Shown here in pieces: positions 1-8,877 of a stretch of 64,000 bases of DNA. The stretch comes from Acidobacteriota bacterium (GTDB lineage: Bacteria; Acidobacteriota; UBA6911; JACQSX01). Location: positions 17,699 through 81,698 of the forward strand of contig DASXQR010000163.1 in assembly GCA_036507075.1 (NCBI GenBank), written 5' to 3'. A program made the position numbers and the translations under genes. The notes beneath the pieces were generated by a model that was not told the origin of the DNA, ran no database searches, and saw only the letters and a list, made by a program, of their open reading frames with translations. How positions within the stretch are numbered: position 1 is the first letter of the stretch; every line of letters begins with the position of its first letter.

Positions 1-26
1 GCATTCACCGCCGCATTCACCGCGGG

Positions 27-275
27 GCCGCAGACAAAGAAAAAAAGCCGAGGACGCCCACGAGGACGCCCACGAGGACGTGCACGTCAACGATAGACGC
101 CAACGATCACGTCCACGCTCACGAAGGAAAAAATCGCAGTTTGGAACGCATCGTGTCAATGTTGACCAAAATGATTAGGCTCTAAATTTGTCACCTAAGC
201 ATTTGGACGTGAGTCGTGGACATTGACGTGCACGTGGTTCGTAGACGATAAACGTCGACGTTGACGTGATCGGCC
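27..275 (+). pseudogene. Internally deleted four-helix-bundle-like cassette remnant with GACGTGCACGTC-type flanking repeats
   Basis: 141-185 reads LERIVSMLTKMIRL*, resembling a four-helix-bundle (23S rRNA IVP-like) C-terminus; homologous, in inverted orientation, to 6500-6770. Confidence 0.55.
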
Positions 276-307
276 TTGTTCCAACCGAAGTGTCTATTAG
301 GAGGAAA

Positions 308-763
308 TCAGGCTTGAGGAGGGTGAAACAACGGTGCGAGGTGGCCTTCCAGCACTTCGACGCGGTCGGGCGCCAAGGCGTCCTGTGGGACAGTTGTTAC
401 GATCCAGTGAACAAGACCCCTCACGACAAAGGGGTGCGCATCCGGCATTGTTCTCTGGTCATCGGATTGGCAGGCGGCCTTGATAGCGCAACCGGCACTC
501 ATGGAATGGGCACACTCTGACTGATGACCCATTTCATGATGAACTGAAGCATTCGGACTACCGTGACAAGATTCTTTTATTAACCCGCCGGCATTCTTCA
601 TCCACACTTCTGCGGCGCACATCAGCGGGCAACTGCATGAAGCGCCATGCATGGAGCATTCAATCCCTTCGGATACGCTGGCCACCAAGAAGTGATTGAG
701 CGGAAGACACAGCACCGCCAGCAGCAAAACCGAAAACCGGTGTCGGGTTAATGCATTTCTCAC
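308..763 (-). CDS. Cys/His-rich exported or membrane-anchored protein, DUF2946-like
   Basis: N-terminal hydrophobic segment, CSMHGASCSCPLMC and His-rich linker, Pro-rich end LFHPPQA; GTG at 763 is the likely start. Confidence 0.6.
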   Translation of the reverse strand: MRNALTRHRFSVLLLAVLCLPLNHFLVASVSEGIECSMHGASCSCPLMCAAEVWMKNAGGLIKESCHGSPNASVHHEMGHQSECAHSMSAGCAIKAACQSDDQRTMPDAHPFVVRGLVHWIVTTVPQDALAPDRVEVLEGHLAPLFHPPQA

Positions 764-888
764 TGCGATGATTGTAATTTCGGCAACGCAGTCATACAAC
801 GGGAAATTTTCGGGGTTTTGTATCTTGGTCCAAAAATTTGAATCACCAAGGCACCAAGCCAGAACTGAGCTTCAGCGCTTAAAAACTA

Positions 889-1038
889 CACCACAAAGAC
901 ACGAAGGACACGAAGGGAAGACGTGGGGCAGGCAGAGGCCGGTCAGCTTCATAAACCTTTGCCGCGTTCACCTTTGGACAGGTGACCGGCCTCTGCCTTC
1001 CCCACGTCTTGCTTCGTGCTCTTTGTGTCTTTGTGGTG
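889..1038. repeat. Long inverted repeat (about 55-bp arms) with CACCACAAAGACAC ends
   Basis: Left arm caccacaaagacacgaag...gaggccggtca pairs with right arm tgaccggcctc...gtgtctttgtggtg. Confidence 0.9.
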
Positions 1039-1056
1039 AAAAGTTCTGGCGGATTC

Positions 1057-3657
1057 TCAGTGGATCTTCGTCCGATCGCGGCCGGCTTTTTCATCCAGCA
1101 GCGGAGCCTCACCACCGGATGAGGAGAGCGCTCTGGTTTGGCGGTTGAGAAAAACTCCGGAACTTTCCGCGGTCGTATGCGCTTCAGTTGAGTCATCCAG
1201 AACACTTCGGACTTTTTGTGCCAGCCTTTCGGGAGTGTAAGGCTTCTGTAGAAACGGGGAGTCGGAAGTAACCATGCCGGCCTGGTCTATATATCCCTTG
1301 GCGTACCCGGAAACATACAGCACCCTGGTCTTGGGACGAGTGGCCCGGATGCACTTTGCCAATTGCTGCCCGGACATGCCGGGCATTACGACATCGGTGA
1401 GCAGCAGCGCAATGGGAGCGCGGTAATTCTCGGCTAATGCCAGTGCGGAGTCGCCATCGGGCGCCTCCAGCACTCCGTATCCCTCTCTTTGAAGGATCTT
1501 GGCCGCCAGCGTCCGGACAGAGTCTTCATCCTCGACGAGAAGAATCGTTTCCGATCCGCGGAAGCTGCTGCAGGCTTCCAATCCTGAAATCTCGATGGAC
1601 GACTCGTGTTGCGGCGCCGCAGGAAAGTAGATTTCAATTTTTGTGCCGGCTCCGGCTTCGGTTTCCACCGTGATGTAGCCGTTGTTCTGTTTGACGATGC
1701 CATAGACGGTCGAAAGTCCCAGCCCGCTTCCCTTGCCCCTTTCCTTGGTGGTAAAAAAAGGTTCGAACATCTTCCGTCTCGTGTTCTGATCCATACCGAT
1801 TCCGCCGTCTCGGACCGTGAGCCTGGTGTAACGGCCCGGTCGGCTCAGCGCGCTCTGGTTTTCGGGATCGACCTGCACATAGCTGTTCGATGTTTGAATC
1901 AGAAGGTTGCCTCCGTCCGGCATCGCATCACGCGAATTCACCACCAGATTCAGCAAAACCTGCTCCACTTGCCCGCGGTCGACTTTGACACACTCCAGGG
2001 CGGGTTCCAATTGAATCATCAGCCTGACGTCCTCGCCGATGGTGCGTCGCAGAATGCGTTCCATTTCCGCGATGATCGTATTCAGATTCAGCACCTGAGG
2101 GACGATGATTTGCCGGCGGCTGAAGGCAAGGAGCTGTGATGTTAAAGCTGCGGCTGTGGATGCAGCCTTGTTTATTTCCCTTATATCTTCGAGATGGGAT
2201 TCGGAAAGATCCGAATCCTTGGAAAGCATTTCGCCGATTCCCAGTATCACGGTCAGCAGGTTATTGAAATCATGCGCGATTCCCCCCGCCAGCCTTCCAA
2301 CAGCCTCCAGCCGGTGCGCCTGCCGGAGCTGCTCTTCCATCTTCTTGCGATCCGTTACGTCTTCGACCAGCACCAGCACCTCCGGTTTGCCCCCGAAGTC
2401 CATTGGCTGAGCCGTGACTTCAACATCGATGAAGCTGCCATCCTTTCTTCTGTGCCTGCTCACGCCGCTCAGGGCGGGGTGTGCATCGAGGGTCGGCCCA
2501 AGAGGCGGTGTGGAGGATGCTTCTTCAGGCGCCTGGATATCGTCCACTGTCATTGAGAGAAACTCTTTTTCCGAATAGCCATAGCGCGAAAGAGCAGCCG
2601 GATTCACAGCCAGGAAAGTCAGACTGTCGCGATTGCATACCCACATGGGATGCGGATTCCGCTCGAACAGACGGCGATATCGCTCCTCGGAGCTTCTGTG
2701 CAATTCTTCGGATATCCTCAGGTTCTCGGCCACAGCGCTCAGCTCCAGCGCGTGCTGCTCGGCTGACCGGCGCCGCATCCAGAAATAAATGAGCAGTCCC
2801 GGAAACGCCAGAACCAAAACCGTGAGCGCGATCGTGAGCGCGATCTCTCGATAAGGGGGGGCAGGGGCAAAATGGAAGTCACCGGCCGTCCGGGGCAGGA
2901 GGCGATAACCGGAATTGTAAGGCGCCGTTGTCTGATACTGTTCCAGGTTCCCGATCAGTTCAAGCCTGCCGCCCTTGAGGACGCGCTCGGTGAGTTCGGC
3001 ATTTCTGCGAAGTCCGTTTGAAAGGTAAACGCGGATCTCGCCGGTGTTGTCACGAATGCGCACGTTACTGAGGTTTTCCAGAAAGTTCGCCGGTACGATC
3101 AACTCTCCGGTTACTCGAACCAGTTGGCTCAGGTGCTTCTTGCCGAGCAGCTCGGAAACAGAAACATTGTGGATCTGAGGCACGCCGTTTCCCAGCCGTT
3201 CCAGCGTCTCGATGCGCAGTTGCTCCATTCCATTGTACTGTTCGAGCCTCCCGCCGGCGCGCACCCGATCGCCGATGGTCATGCGGCTCAGCAAAGTGCG
3301 GTCGGAGCTGACCAGACGCAGGGCTCCACTGTCATCCTGCAGATGGATCCGAACGTCTGCGTTATCCCGGGCCGGGTAGGGATCGCAGCTAAGAACTCCA
3401 GCCACGGTGAGCTGGCGGCCGAGAAGGTCAGGAATTCCATCACTGTTGCTGTCACGGAGGGCCTGCCGGGCGGGGGTTGGAAGATCTTCTGCTGCCCGGG
3501 TCGTTCTGGAATCTACACACAGCGCAAGGATGGAGGAAAGAATGCAGATCGCGCGTTTCTGGAGAAGGCGACGTCGTACACAACCGCCGGCAGCCTGCAC
3601 GCCCTCATTTAGCGCGCAGAATCTTTTCCGGCTGACTCTTCTAGAGGAGAGCCTCAT
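1057..3657 (-). CDS. Hybrid sensor histidine kinase: two extracellular OB-fold-like repeats, TM, PAS, HisKA, HATPase, receiver
   Basis: AGGIAHDFNNLL H-box, NLVVNSRDAM N-box, GSGLGLSTVYGIV G2 box, receiver ILLVEDE...LLLTDVVMPG; start uncertain. Confidence 0.93.
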   Translation of the reverse strand: MRLSSRRVSRKRFCALNEGVQAAGGCVRRRLLQKRAICILSSILALCVDSRTTRAAEDLPTPARQALRDSNSDGIPDLLGRQLTVAGVLSCDPYPARDNADVRIHLQDDSGALRLVSSDRTLLSRMTIGDRVRAGGRLEQYNGMEQLRIETLERLGNGVPQIHNVSVSELLGKKHLSQLVRVTGELIVPANFLENLSNVRIRDNTGEIRVYLSNGLRRNAELTERVLKGGRLELIGNLEQYQTTAPYNSGYRLLPRTAGDFHFAPAPPYREIALTIALTVLVLAFPGLLIYFWMRRRSAEQHALELSAVAENLRISEELHRSSEERYRRLFERNPHPMWVCNRDSLTFLAVNPAALSRYGYSEKEFLSMTVDDIQAPEEASSTPPLGPTLDAHPALSGVSRHRRKDGSFIDVEVTAQPMDFGGKPEVLVLVEDVTDRKKMEEQLRQAHRLEAVGRLAGGIAHDFNNLLTVILGIGEMLSKDSDLSESHLEDIREINKAASTAAALTSQLLAFSRRQIIVPQVLNLNTIIAEMERILRRTIGEDVRLMIQLEPALECVKVDRGQVEQVLLNLVVNSRDAMPDGGNLLIQTSNSYVQVDPENQSALSRPGRYTRLTVRDGGIGMDQNTRRKMFEPFFTTKERGKGSGLGLSTVYGIVKQNNGYITVETEAGAGTKIEIYFPAAPQHESSIEISGLEACSSFRGSETILLVEDEDSVRTLAAKILQREGYGVLEAPDGDSALALAENYRAPIALLLTDVVMPGMSGQQLAKCIRATRPKTRVLYVSGYAKGYIDQAGMVTSDSPFLQKPYTPERLAQKVRSVLDDSTEAHTTAESSGVFLNRQTRALSSSGGEAPLLDEKAGRDRTKIH

Positions 3658-3742
3658 CGGTTCTTCTTTATCAATTCTTCACTGAATGGAACCTGCAAGA
3701 GAGATGAAATCGAGTTGCCCCTCCGGCAGGGACGTTTCTCAA

Positions 3743-3758
3743 GGCAATATTTGTGCCA
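3743..3758 (-). promoter_or_regulatory. Sigma-54 (-24/-12) promoter for the hybrid kinase
   Basis: Minus strand TGGCAC-AAATA-TTGC matches TGGCAC-N5-TTGC, about 85 bp upstream of the ORF. Confidence 0.6.
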
Positions 3759-3883
3759 CAGATTTGACAATAGATGAACGTTCCTGAAAACGTCGACGGC
3801 TCTTGAGCTTGGATGCTGGTGTGGTCTTCTGCGGGACTACCCGCGCACGTCACGATCTTGACGGTTACGTTTGATTTTTGACG

Positions 3884-5398
3884 CTATTCTGCATCCAACA
3901 CGGGCTTCAATATGACAATGTCCTTGAGCCTGCGCTCCTCGTTGACCGCGGGGAAGGAGTAGAGATCCAGCATGGGACGCACCTCGCGGTCCCCTGCCAC
4001 GGCGGCAAGGCGCATTTCCTTCTGTGGTATTTGCGACCAGAATTTTTCAGTGGGAGTGCTTCGAATCGTCACGCCCCAAACCCTGCGGCTGCTGCCGCTT
4101 TCATAAAGCGCCAGATTGGCGTGGAAGGTTGCGGGCCAGACTTTCCAGTAATCGCCCACAATGTGAGTTGCTCCCGACTGGAGAATCTCACTTGTATATT
4201 TACCTGTTGTCTTGTCGATGTCGGCCCGCACTCTTACCAGCGACGGCCGGCCGTACAAACATGCGGGAGCGCTCAGAAACAGGGAAATGCCGGTCGCTGT
4301 GAGAATGCGCCGACCGCCGCGGCCGAAGCGAGCATAAACAGGCAGCACAGCCCAGATGACTGCGCCAAGCTGAAGCAGTACCATCGATTGCAGTGAGAAT
4401 CTGGCGTCAAAGGAGCTGTTCTCGGTGTGCGCAAGTCCGCCCATCAACAAGAAGCTGACCAGCGAGGATGCTATCAGGTTCAATGCAGGAGCATTCGCGG
4501 CACGGGCGCTTCCAGGCGACAGAAGGCGAAAAAATATTCCCAATACGAGCAGCGACGCGACGGCTATTCCCCACGGCCCGATCAGGTATTCGGACAAAAC
4601 GATTTTCCCAAACTGGAACCAGACGGCGGGCAACCTCCACGGGCGAACGGGAGGATACGGCCAGTCACCGTAGGCGGCCGAGTAGGAAACGATTCCGCAG
4701 TAAGCATAGTTGGCCAAAAAGCTGAAGATCATCAGCGCCAGAGCAATCCCTCCCTGAAACTTGCGGCGGTCAAAAAACCAGCGGAAAACAATCAGCGGCA
4801 GAAGCACAAAAATCAGAGCGGTATTGACCCAGGACGCAGCAAGCAGACAGATAAGGCTTAAAATAATTCTTGGCAGCCGAGGAAACTTCGAATTCTCCAG
4901 CAGCAGGAGACCTGCCAGGCCCAGAAACATTCCCACGCCGTAAGGATGCACTCCAAGGTAATCAAAACGCGTCTGCCTGCTGTTGAACAGAAGGAAAAGA
5001 GAAGCCGAAAGAGCTCCCGTAAACAACCATGCTCGGCGGGCCACATAGCGCGCGCACAAAAAGAAGACAGCCAGGCCGCAGAAAACATTGAAAGCGGACT
5101 GTGCCAGCAGGTTTGCAACAGGGTTCCTGAACGGGATTGCCAGCAAGGGAACGAGCATTCCCAGCCGGTCCTGCTCCCAGTAAAAGGGTGTCCAGCGATA
5201 TAAGCTCACCAGCACCGGGACTATCGAATCGGCGTCGTGGAGGCGATGAAATGCTCCAAAATCAATCCATAACGCCGCCAGAACAGCCGCTGTCCAAAAG
5301 ATAACAGTCTGGTAGCGCTGATTATCCTGCCATGTGTTCTTCTTGTTCAGAGCCGGCACCGGCATGCTATTGGTCGATACAGCGTCAGAGGAAATCAC
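3884..5398 (-). CDS. Polytopic membrane protein, possibly GT-C-type glycosyltransferase-like
   Basis: About 11 hydrophobic segments, acidic DADS loop after TM1, soluble C-terminal domain. Confidence 0.6.
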   Translation of the reverse strand: MISSDAVSTNSMPVPALNKKNTWQDNQRYQTVIFWTAAVLAALWIDFGAFHRLHDADSIVPVLVSLYRWTPFYWEQDRLGMLVPLLAIPFRNPVANLLAQSAFNVFCGLAVFFLCARYVARRAWLFTGALSASLFLLFNSRQTRFDYLGVHPYGVGMFLGLAGLLLLENSKFPRLPRIILSLICLLAASWVNTALIFVLLPLIVFRWFFDRRKFQGGIALALMIFSFLANYAYCGIVSYSAAYGDWPYPPVRPWRLPAVWFQFGKIVLSEYLIGPWGIAVASLLVLGIFFRLLSPGSARAANAPALNLIASSLVSFLLMGGLAHTENSSFDARFSLQSMVLLQLGAVIWAVLPVYARFGRGGRRILTATGISLFLSAPACLYGRPSLVRVRADIDKTTGKYTSEILQSGATHIVGDYWKVWPATFHANLALYESGSSRRVWGVTIRSTPTEKFWSQIPQKEMRLAAVAGDREVRPMLDLYSFPAVNEERRLKDIVILKPVLDAE

Positions 5399-5509
5399 TT
5401 GTCAAATGTGGATTTTACATTACGATTTTACAAAGGCCCCGATCTGATGCACGATGACGTGAAGCTTATTACAAGCTGCCGGTAACTGCGCAAAGCCCGG
5501 GAAAATTCG

Positions 5510-6451
5510 ATGCGAATCTGCTCATTGCTGCCGAGTGCCACGGAAATCCTGTTTGCACTCGGATGCGGCGATCTCCTTGTTGCCGTCACGCACGAATGCG
5601 ATTATCCTGCCGGGGCCTGCCGGCTACCTAAGGTGACGCGCAGCAATATTCCGGCTGGCATCTCCAGCGACCAGATCGATTCGGCCGTGACGTCGAGTCT
5701 CCAGACATCCGGTTCTCTTTACGAGCTCGATCTTCCGCTGCTTGAACACCTGCAGCCCGATCTGATCATCACGCAGAGGTTGTGTGACGTTTGCGCCATT
5801 TCGTCTGATCGCGTGGAACAGGCCGTAAGCGACTTGAAATCTCAACCTGAAGTTTTGAACCTGGAACCGCATTCGCTTGAAGACATCCTGCGCAGCATTC
5901 GCACCGTTGCAGACGAAATCGGCCGGCCCCACGCAGCCGATCATCTGATTGAATCGCTGCAGCGCCGCATCGAGGCTGTCTGGCAGACCAGCAGCGATCT
6001 GACGAACAGGCCGCGCGTGTTCTGCATGGAATGGGTGAGCCCGCCCTTTTGCGGTGGGCACTGGATGAAAGAGCTGGTTGAGATTGCCGGAGGCGTGGAT
6101 GACCTGTCAAATCTCCATCAGCCCTCTCGTCGGATCGAATGGACCGAGGTTCTCCGTTTTGCTCCGGAAGTGATCGTCCTTACCTGCTGCGGGTTCAACC
6201 TTGGCCGTTGCGTGGAGGAAGGCCTTAGTCTCAGCCGGCTGGACCACTTTTTTGAAATGCCTGCCGCCAAGTCCGGACGTGTGTTTGCCACCGATGGATC
6301 GGCATACTTCAGCCGGCCAGGGCCACGGATAGTAGACAGCCTCGAGATCCTCGCCTACCTCATCCATCCGGAAGTTTTTCGTGCGCCTCCGCTGTCGGAG
6401 GCCTTCTGCGTCCTGCATCCGTCGCCAGCAGAAAAAATAGGACCCAATTAA
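5510..6451 (+). CDS. Cobalamin/siderophore-binding protein (BtuF-like), no signal peptide
   Basis: MRICSLLPSATEILFALG, VTHECDYP, PDLIITQ, YFSRPGPRIVD motifs. Confidence 0.85.
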   Translation: MRICSLLPSATEILFALGCGDLLVAVTHECDYPAGACRLPKVTRSNIPAGISSDQIDSAVTSSLQTSGSLYELDLPLLEHLQPDLIITQRLCDVCAISSDRVEQAVSDLKSQPEVLNLEPHSLEDILRSIRTVADEIGRPHAADHLIESLQRRIEAVWQTSSDLTNRPRVFCMEWVSPPFCGGHWMKELVEIAGGVDDLSNLHQPSRRIEWTEVLRFAPEVIVLTCCGFNLGRCVEEGLSLSRLDHFFEMPAAKSGRVFATDGSAYFSRPGPRIVDSLEILAYLIHPEVFRAPPLSEAFCVLHPSPAEKIGPN

Positions 6452-6482
6452 TTGGGGTCTTAATTGGGGTCTGTCCCTATTG
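6441..6482. repeat. RAYT-type REP copy (AATTGGGGTCTGTCCC)
   Basis: Same family as the REPs flanking the transposase at 18728. Confidence 0.7.
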
Positions 6483-6499
6483 ACCCTCAGAAGGCAAAA

Positions 6500-6770
6500 C
6501 CGACCACGTCAACGTCGACGTTTATCCGTCTACGGCCACGTGCAGTCAATGTCCACGGAACACGTCCAAGCTGCTTGAGAGATTTAGTGCTTTATCATCT
6601 TGGTCAACATCGACGGGGAATGCGTTCGAGGAGTTGCCTCCTGGCATCCCTAACCGTGCTGCAGGCAAACTTGCGAGTTTTTCTTCGTTAGCGTGGAGGT
6701 GGTCGTTGACGTCTGTCGTTGACGTGCACGCGCACGTGACCGTCCTCGGCTTTTTCTTTGGTTGCGGCCT
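6500..6770 (-). pseudogene. Second four-helix-bundle-like cassette remnant
   Basis: Minus strand DARRQLLERI/(frameshift)/SMLTKMIKH*; both flanks align with 27-275. Confidence 0.55.
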
Positions 6771-6968
6771 ACGGCTGGGCTATGCCTCTGTAGTGAAGTC
6801 TTTTTCCCGACGGGCAGCCAAACTTGATCACTACTCAATGAGTTAGTTTGGTACTGGCCCCACACTGTGACATACTGTGCGGGTTCCCATAGTTGAGCTT
6901 GCACCCGAAACATCTACTTTTTTAGCGGCCGACGCGGGACAACTGGTCCTTACACTCAATCCCGGGAG

Positions 6969-8480
6969 ATGCCCTTGAGAGTTCACCTGATCAATCCCAG
7001 CCATGTGTCGTTTGGTGTGGCCGTTATCACCCCGAGGTGGCTCTATGTCCTGGCAGCCGCCACCCCGCTTTCGTTCGGTGATCCACTCATTGTGGATGAG
7101 ACCCTTAGCCCGCTTGATCCCTCGAGCATCCAGGAAGGGGATGTGGTGGGCATCGGAATTCATACTGGAAATGCGTTGCGCGGCTATGAGGTCGGGAGAA
7201 TGGCGCGCCAGAGAGGCGCGCACGTTATTTTTGGAGGGATTCATTCCACGCTCTTTCCCGAGGAGGCACTTGAACTGGGAATGGCGCACGCTGTAGTTAA
7301 GGGCGACGGTGATGTTATCTGGACGACCGTGCTTGAGGATTGTCTTGGTGGAAGGCTCAAGCCGGTTTATGAAGGCGGCAAGATCGAGGGGGGCTCTCTT
7401 CTCCCGGGACGTTGGGACCTGCTCCCGAAAGACCGATACATGTGGGCCTCGGTGCAAACGGTGCGGGGCTGCCCCAAACACTGTTCCTTCTGTTCGGTGT
7501 GGCGCACCGACGGGCAGCGTCCCCGCCAGCGGTCATCCGACGCCGTGATTGCTGAAATCGTCCAGTTGCGTCGCCAGGGGTTTCGCTTCATCGCGCTGGC
7601 GGATGACAATTTTTACCCCGTCACGCTCGAGGATTTGGCCTTGGCCTCCCGACGCGAAGACATGCAGCGCCTTGAACAATTGAACGCCATTCGCAGCGAG
7701 CGCTTTGAGCTGATGGATCGCCTTGCGCAGCTCCCCCGCGACATGGTTTTTTACACACAGATCACAATGGAAGCTGCCGAAGACACTGTTTTCCTGGATG
7801 CGATGCGCCGGGCCAACATCAAAGGAGCGCTTGTGGGCGTTGAATCCGTCACACAGGAAGGACTACAGGCCGTCTATAAGAACTTCAACTTCGCAGGAGA
7901 GGCCCTCGTGAATCGGCTACAGACGTTTCGGCGGCACGGGGTGCACGTGCTCGGCTCTTTCATCTTTGGCCTGCCGACCGACCGTCCTGAGACATTCAAC
8001 ACCACGGTTACTGTGGCGCAAGAGGCGGGCGTCACGTTCGCTCAGTTTTTGATGTTGACTCCGTTTCCGGGAACTGTGGATTTCAACCGCTGGGAAAGCG
8101 CGATGGCCGAAAACAATACCCGCATTGACGGGATTCCGCTGACGCGGCATTGGCTCATCCCGCAGGAAAGCCGTCCCAAAGTTTATTCGCCCCACCCAAA
8201 GATGTCGGCCCGGGAAATTCAAGAGCGCACCCAGGCGGCGTGGGACCGCTTTTACAGCTTCAAGTTGATTTGGCAGCGATCAGCGTGCGTGCGCTCCCTG
8301 CGCGCGCGCCTGGCATTCGTGTTGATTTCAAAGCTCTACCGACAAATGTATGCCAACACCGGGATCGCTACCGACAGCGCGCGAGTAAACCGTTCGGCGC
8401 GCTGGGCGCGCTGGATCGCCAAACCGTGCCGACGCCTGTTCATCTCCGCGCCCATGCCGGAGCTGCAGGTGCCTGTATGA
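6969..8480 (+). CDS. B12-binding radical SAM protein
   Basis: N-terminal cobalamin-binding region (VIFGGIHST), RGCPKHCSFC CxxxCxxC motif, DDNF motif. Confidence 0.92.
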   Translation: MPLRVHLINPSHVSFGVAVITPRWLYVLAAATPLSFGDPLIVDETLSPLDPSSIQEGDVVGIGIHTGNALRGYEVGRMARQRGAHVIFGGIHSTLFPEEALELGMAHAVVKGDGDVIWTTVLEDCLGGRLKPVYEGGKIEGGSLLPGRWDLLPKDRYMWASVQTVRGCPKHCSFCSVWRTDGQRPRQRSSDAVIAEIVQLRRQGFRFIALADDNFYPVTLEDLALASRREDMQRLEQLNAIRSERFELMDRLAQLPRDMVFYTQITMEAAEDTVFLDAMRRANIKGALVGVESVTQEGLQAVYKNFNFAGEALVNRLQTFRRHGVHVLGSFIFGLPTDRPETFNTTVTVAQEAGVTFAQFLMLTPFPGTVDFNRWESAMAENNTRIDGIPLTRHWLIPQESRPKVYSPHPKMSAREIQERTQAAWDRFYSFKLIWQRSACVRSLRARLAFVLISKLYRQMYANTGIATDSARVNRSARWARWIAKPCRRLFISAPMPELQVPV

Positions 8481-8510
8481 GCTGTGTAAGCTTGGTGTCC
8501 TTGGTGTAAC

Positions 8511-8670
8511 AAGTTGGCAACTTCTTGTTTTTTCGACAAGATTGCAGAAAACATCCGGTCACGTCAACGTCGACGTTTATCGACTACGTGCACGTGGACC
8601 TAGAGGATAAACGTCGACGTGCTCGGATGTCTTTTGAAATCTTGTCGAAAAAGCATGAAGTTGCCAACTT
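8511..8670. repeat. MITE-like inverted repeat (about 65-bp arms, AAGTTGGCAACTT ends)
   Basis: aagttggcaacttc...acgtcgacgtttatc pairs with gataaacgtcgacgt...gaagttgccaactt. Confidence 0.85.
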
Positions 8671-8877
8671 TCGACTTTCGACCTTCGACTTGCGCCACGC
8701 AGAGAACGCTGAGTTTACGCCCAGGACACCGTCGATTAGGCGGCAACATCTCCAAAAATCCTAGCTTCAGAGTTCCATCAGATAGAGTACAATAGTGGAC
8801 GCGGAGCACCGGATGCTGCCGCAATTTTCCCTGAAAAGCTGTAATTAACAACCAAGCTTCATCTACCACAACATGCT

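Noticed and set aside
6969..8480. RiPP cluster around the radical SAM gene
   Set aside because: No credible precursor peptide, SPASM/RRE domain, protease or exporter nearby
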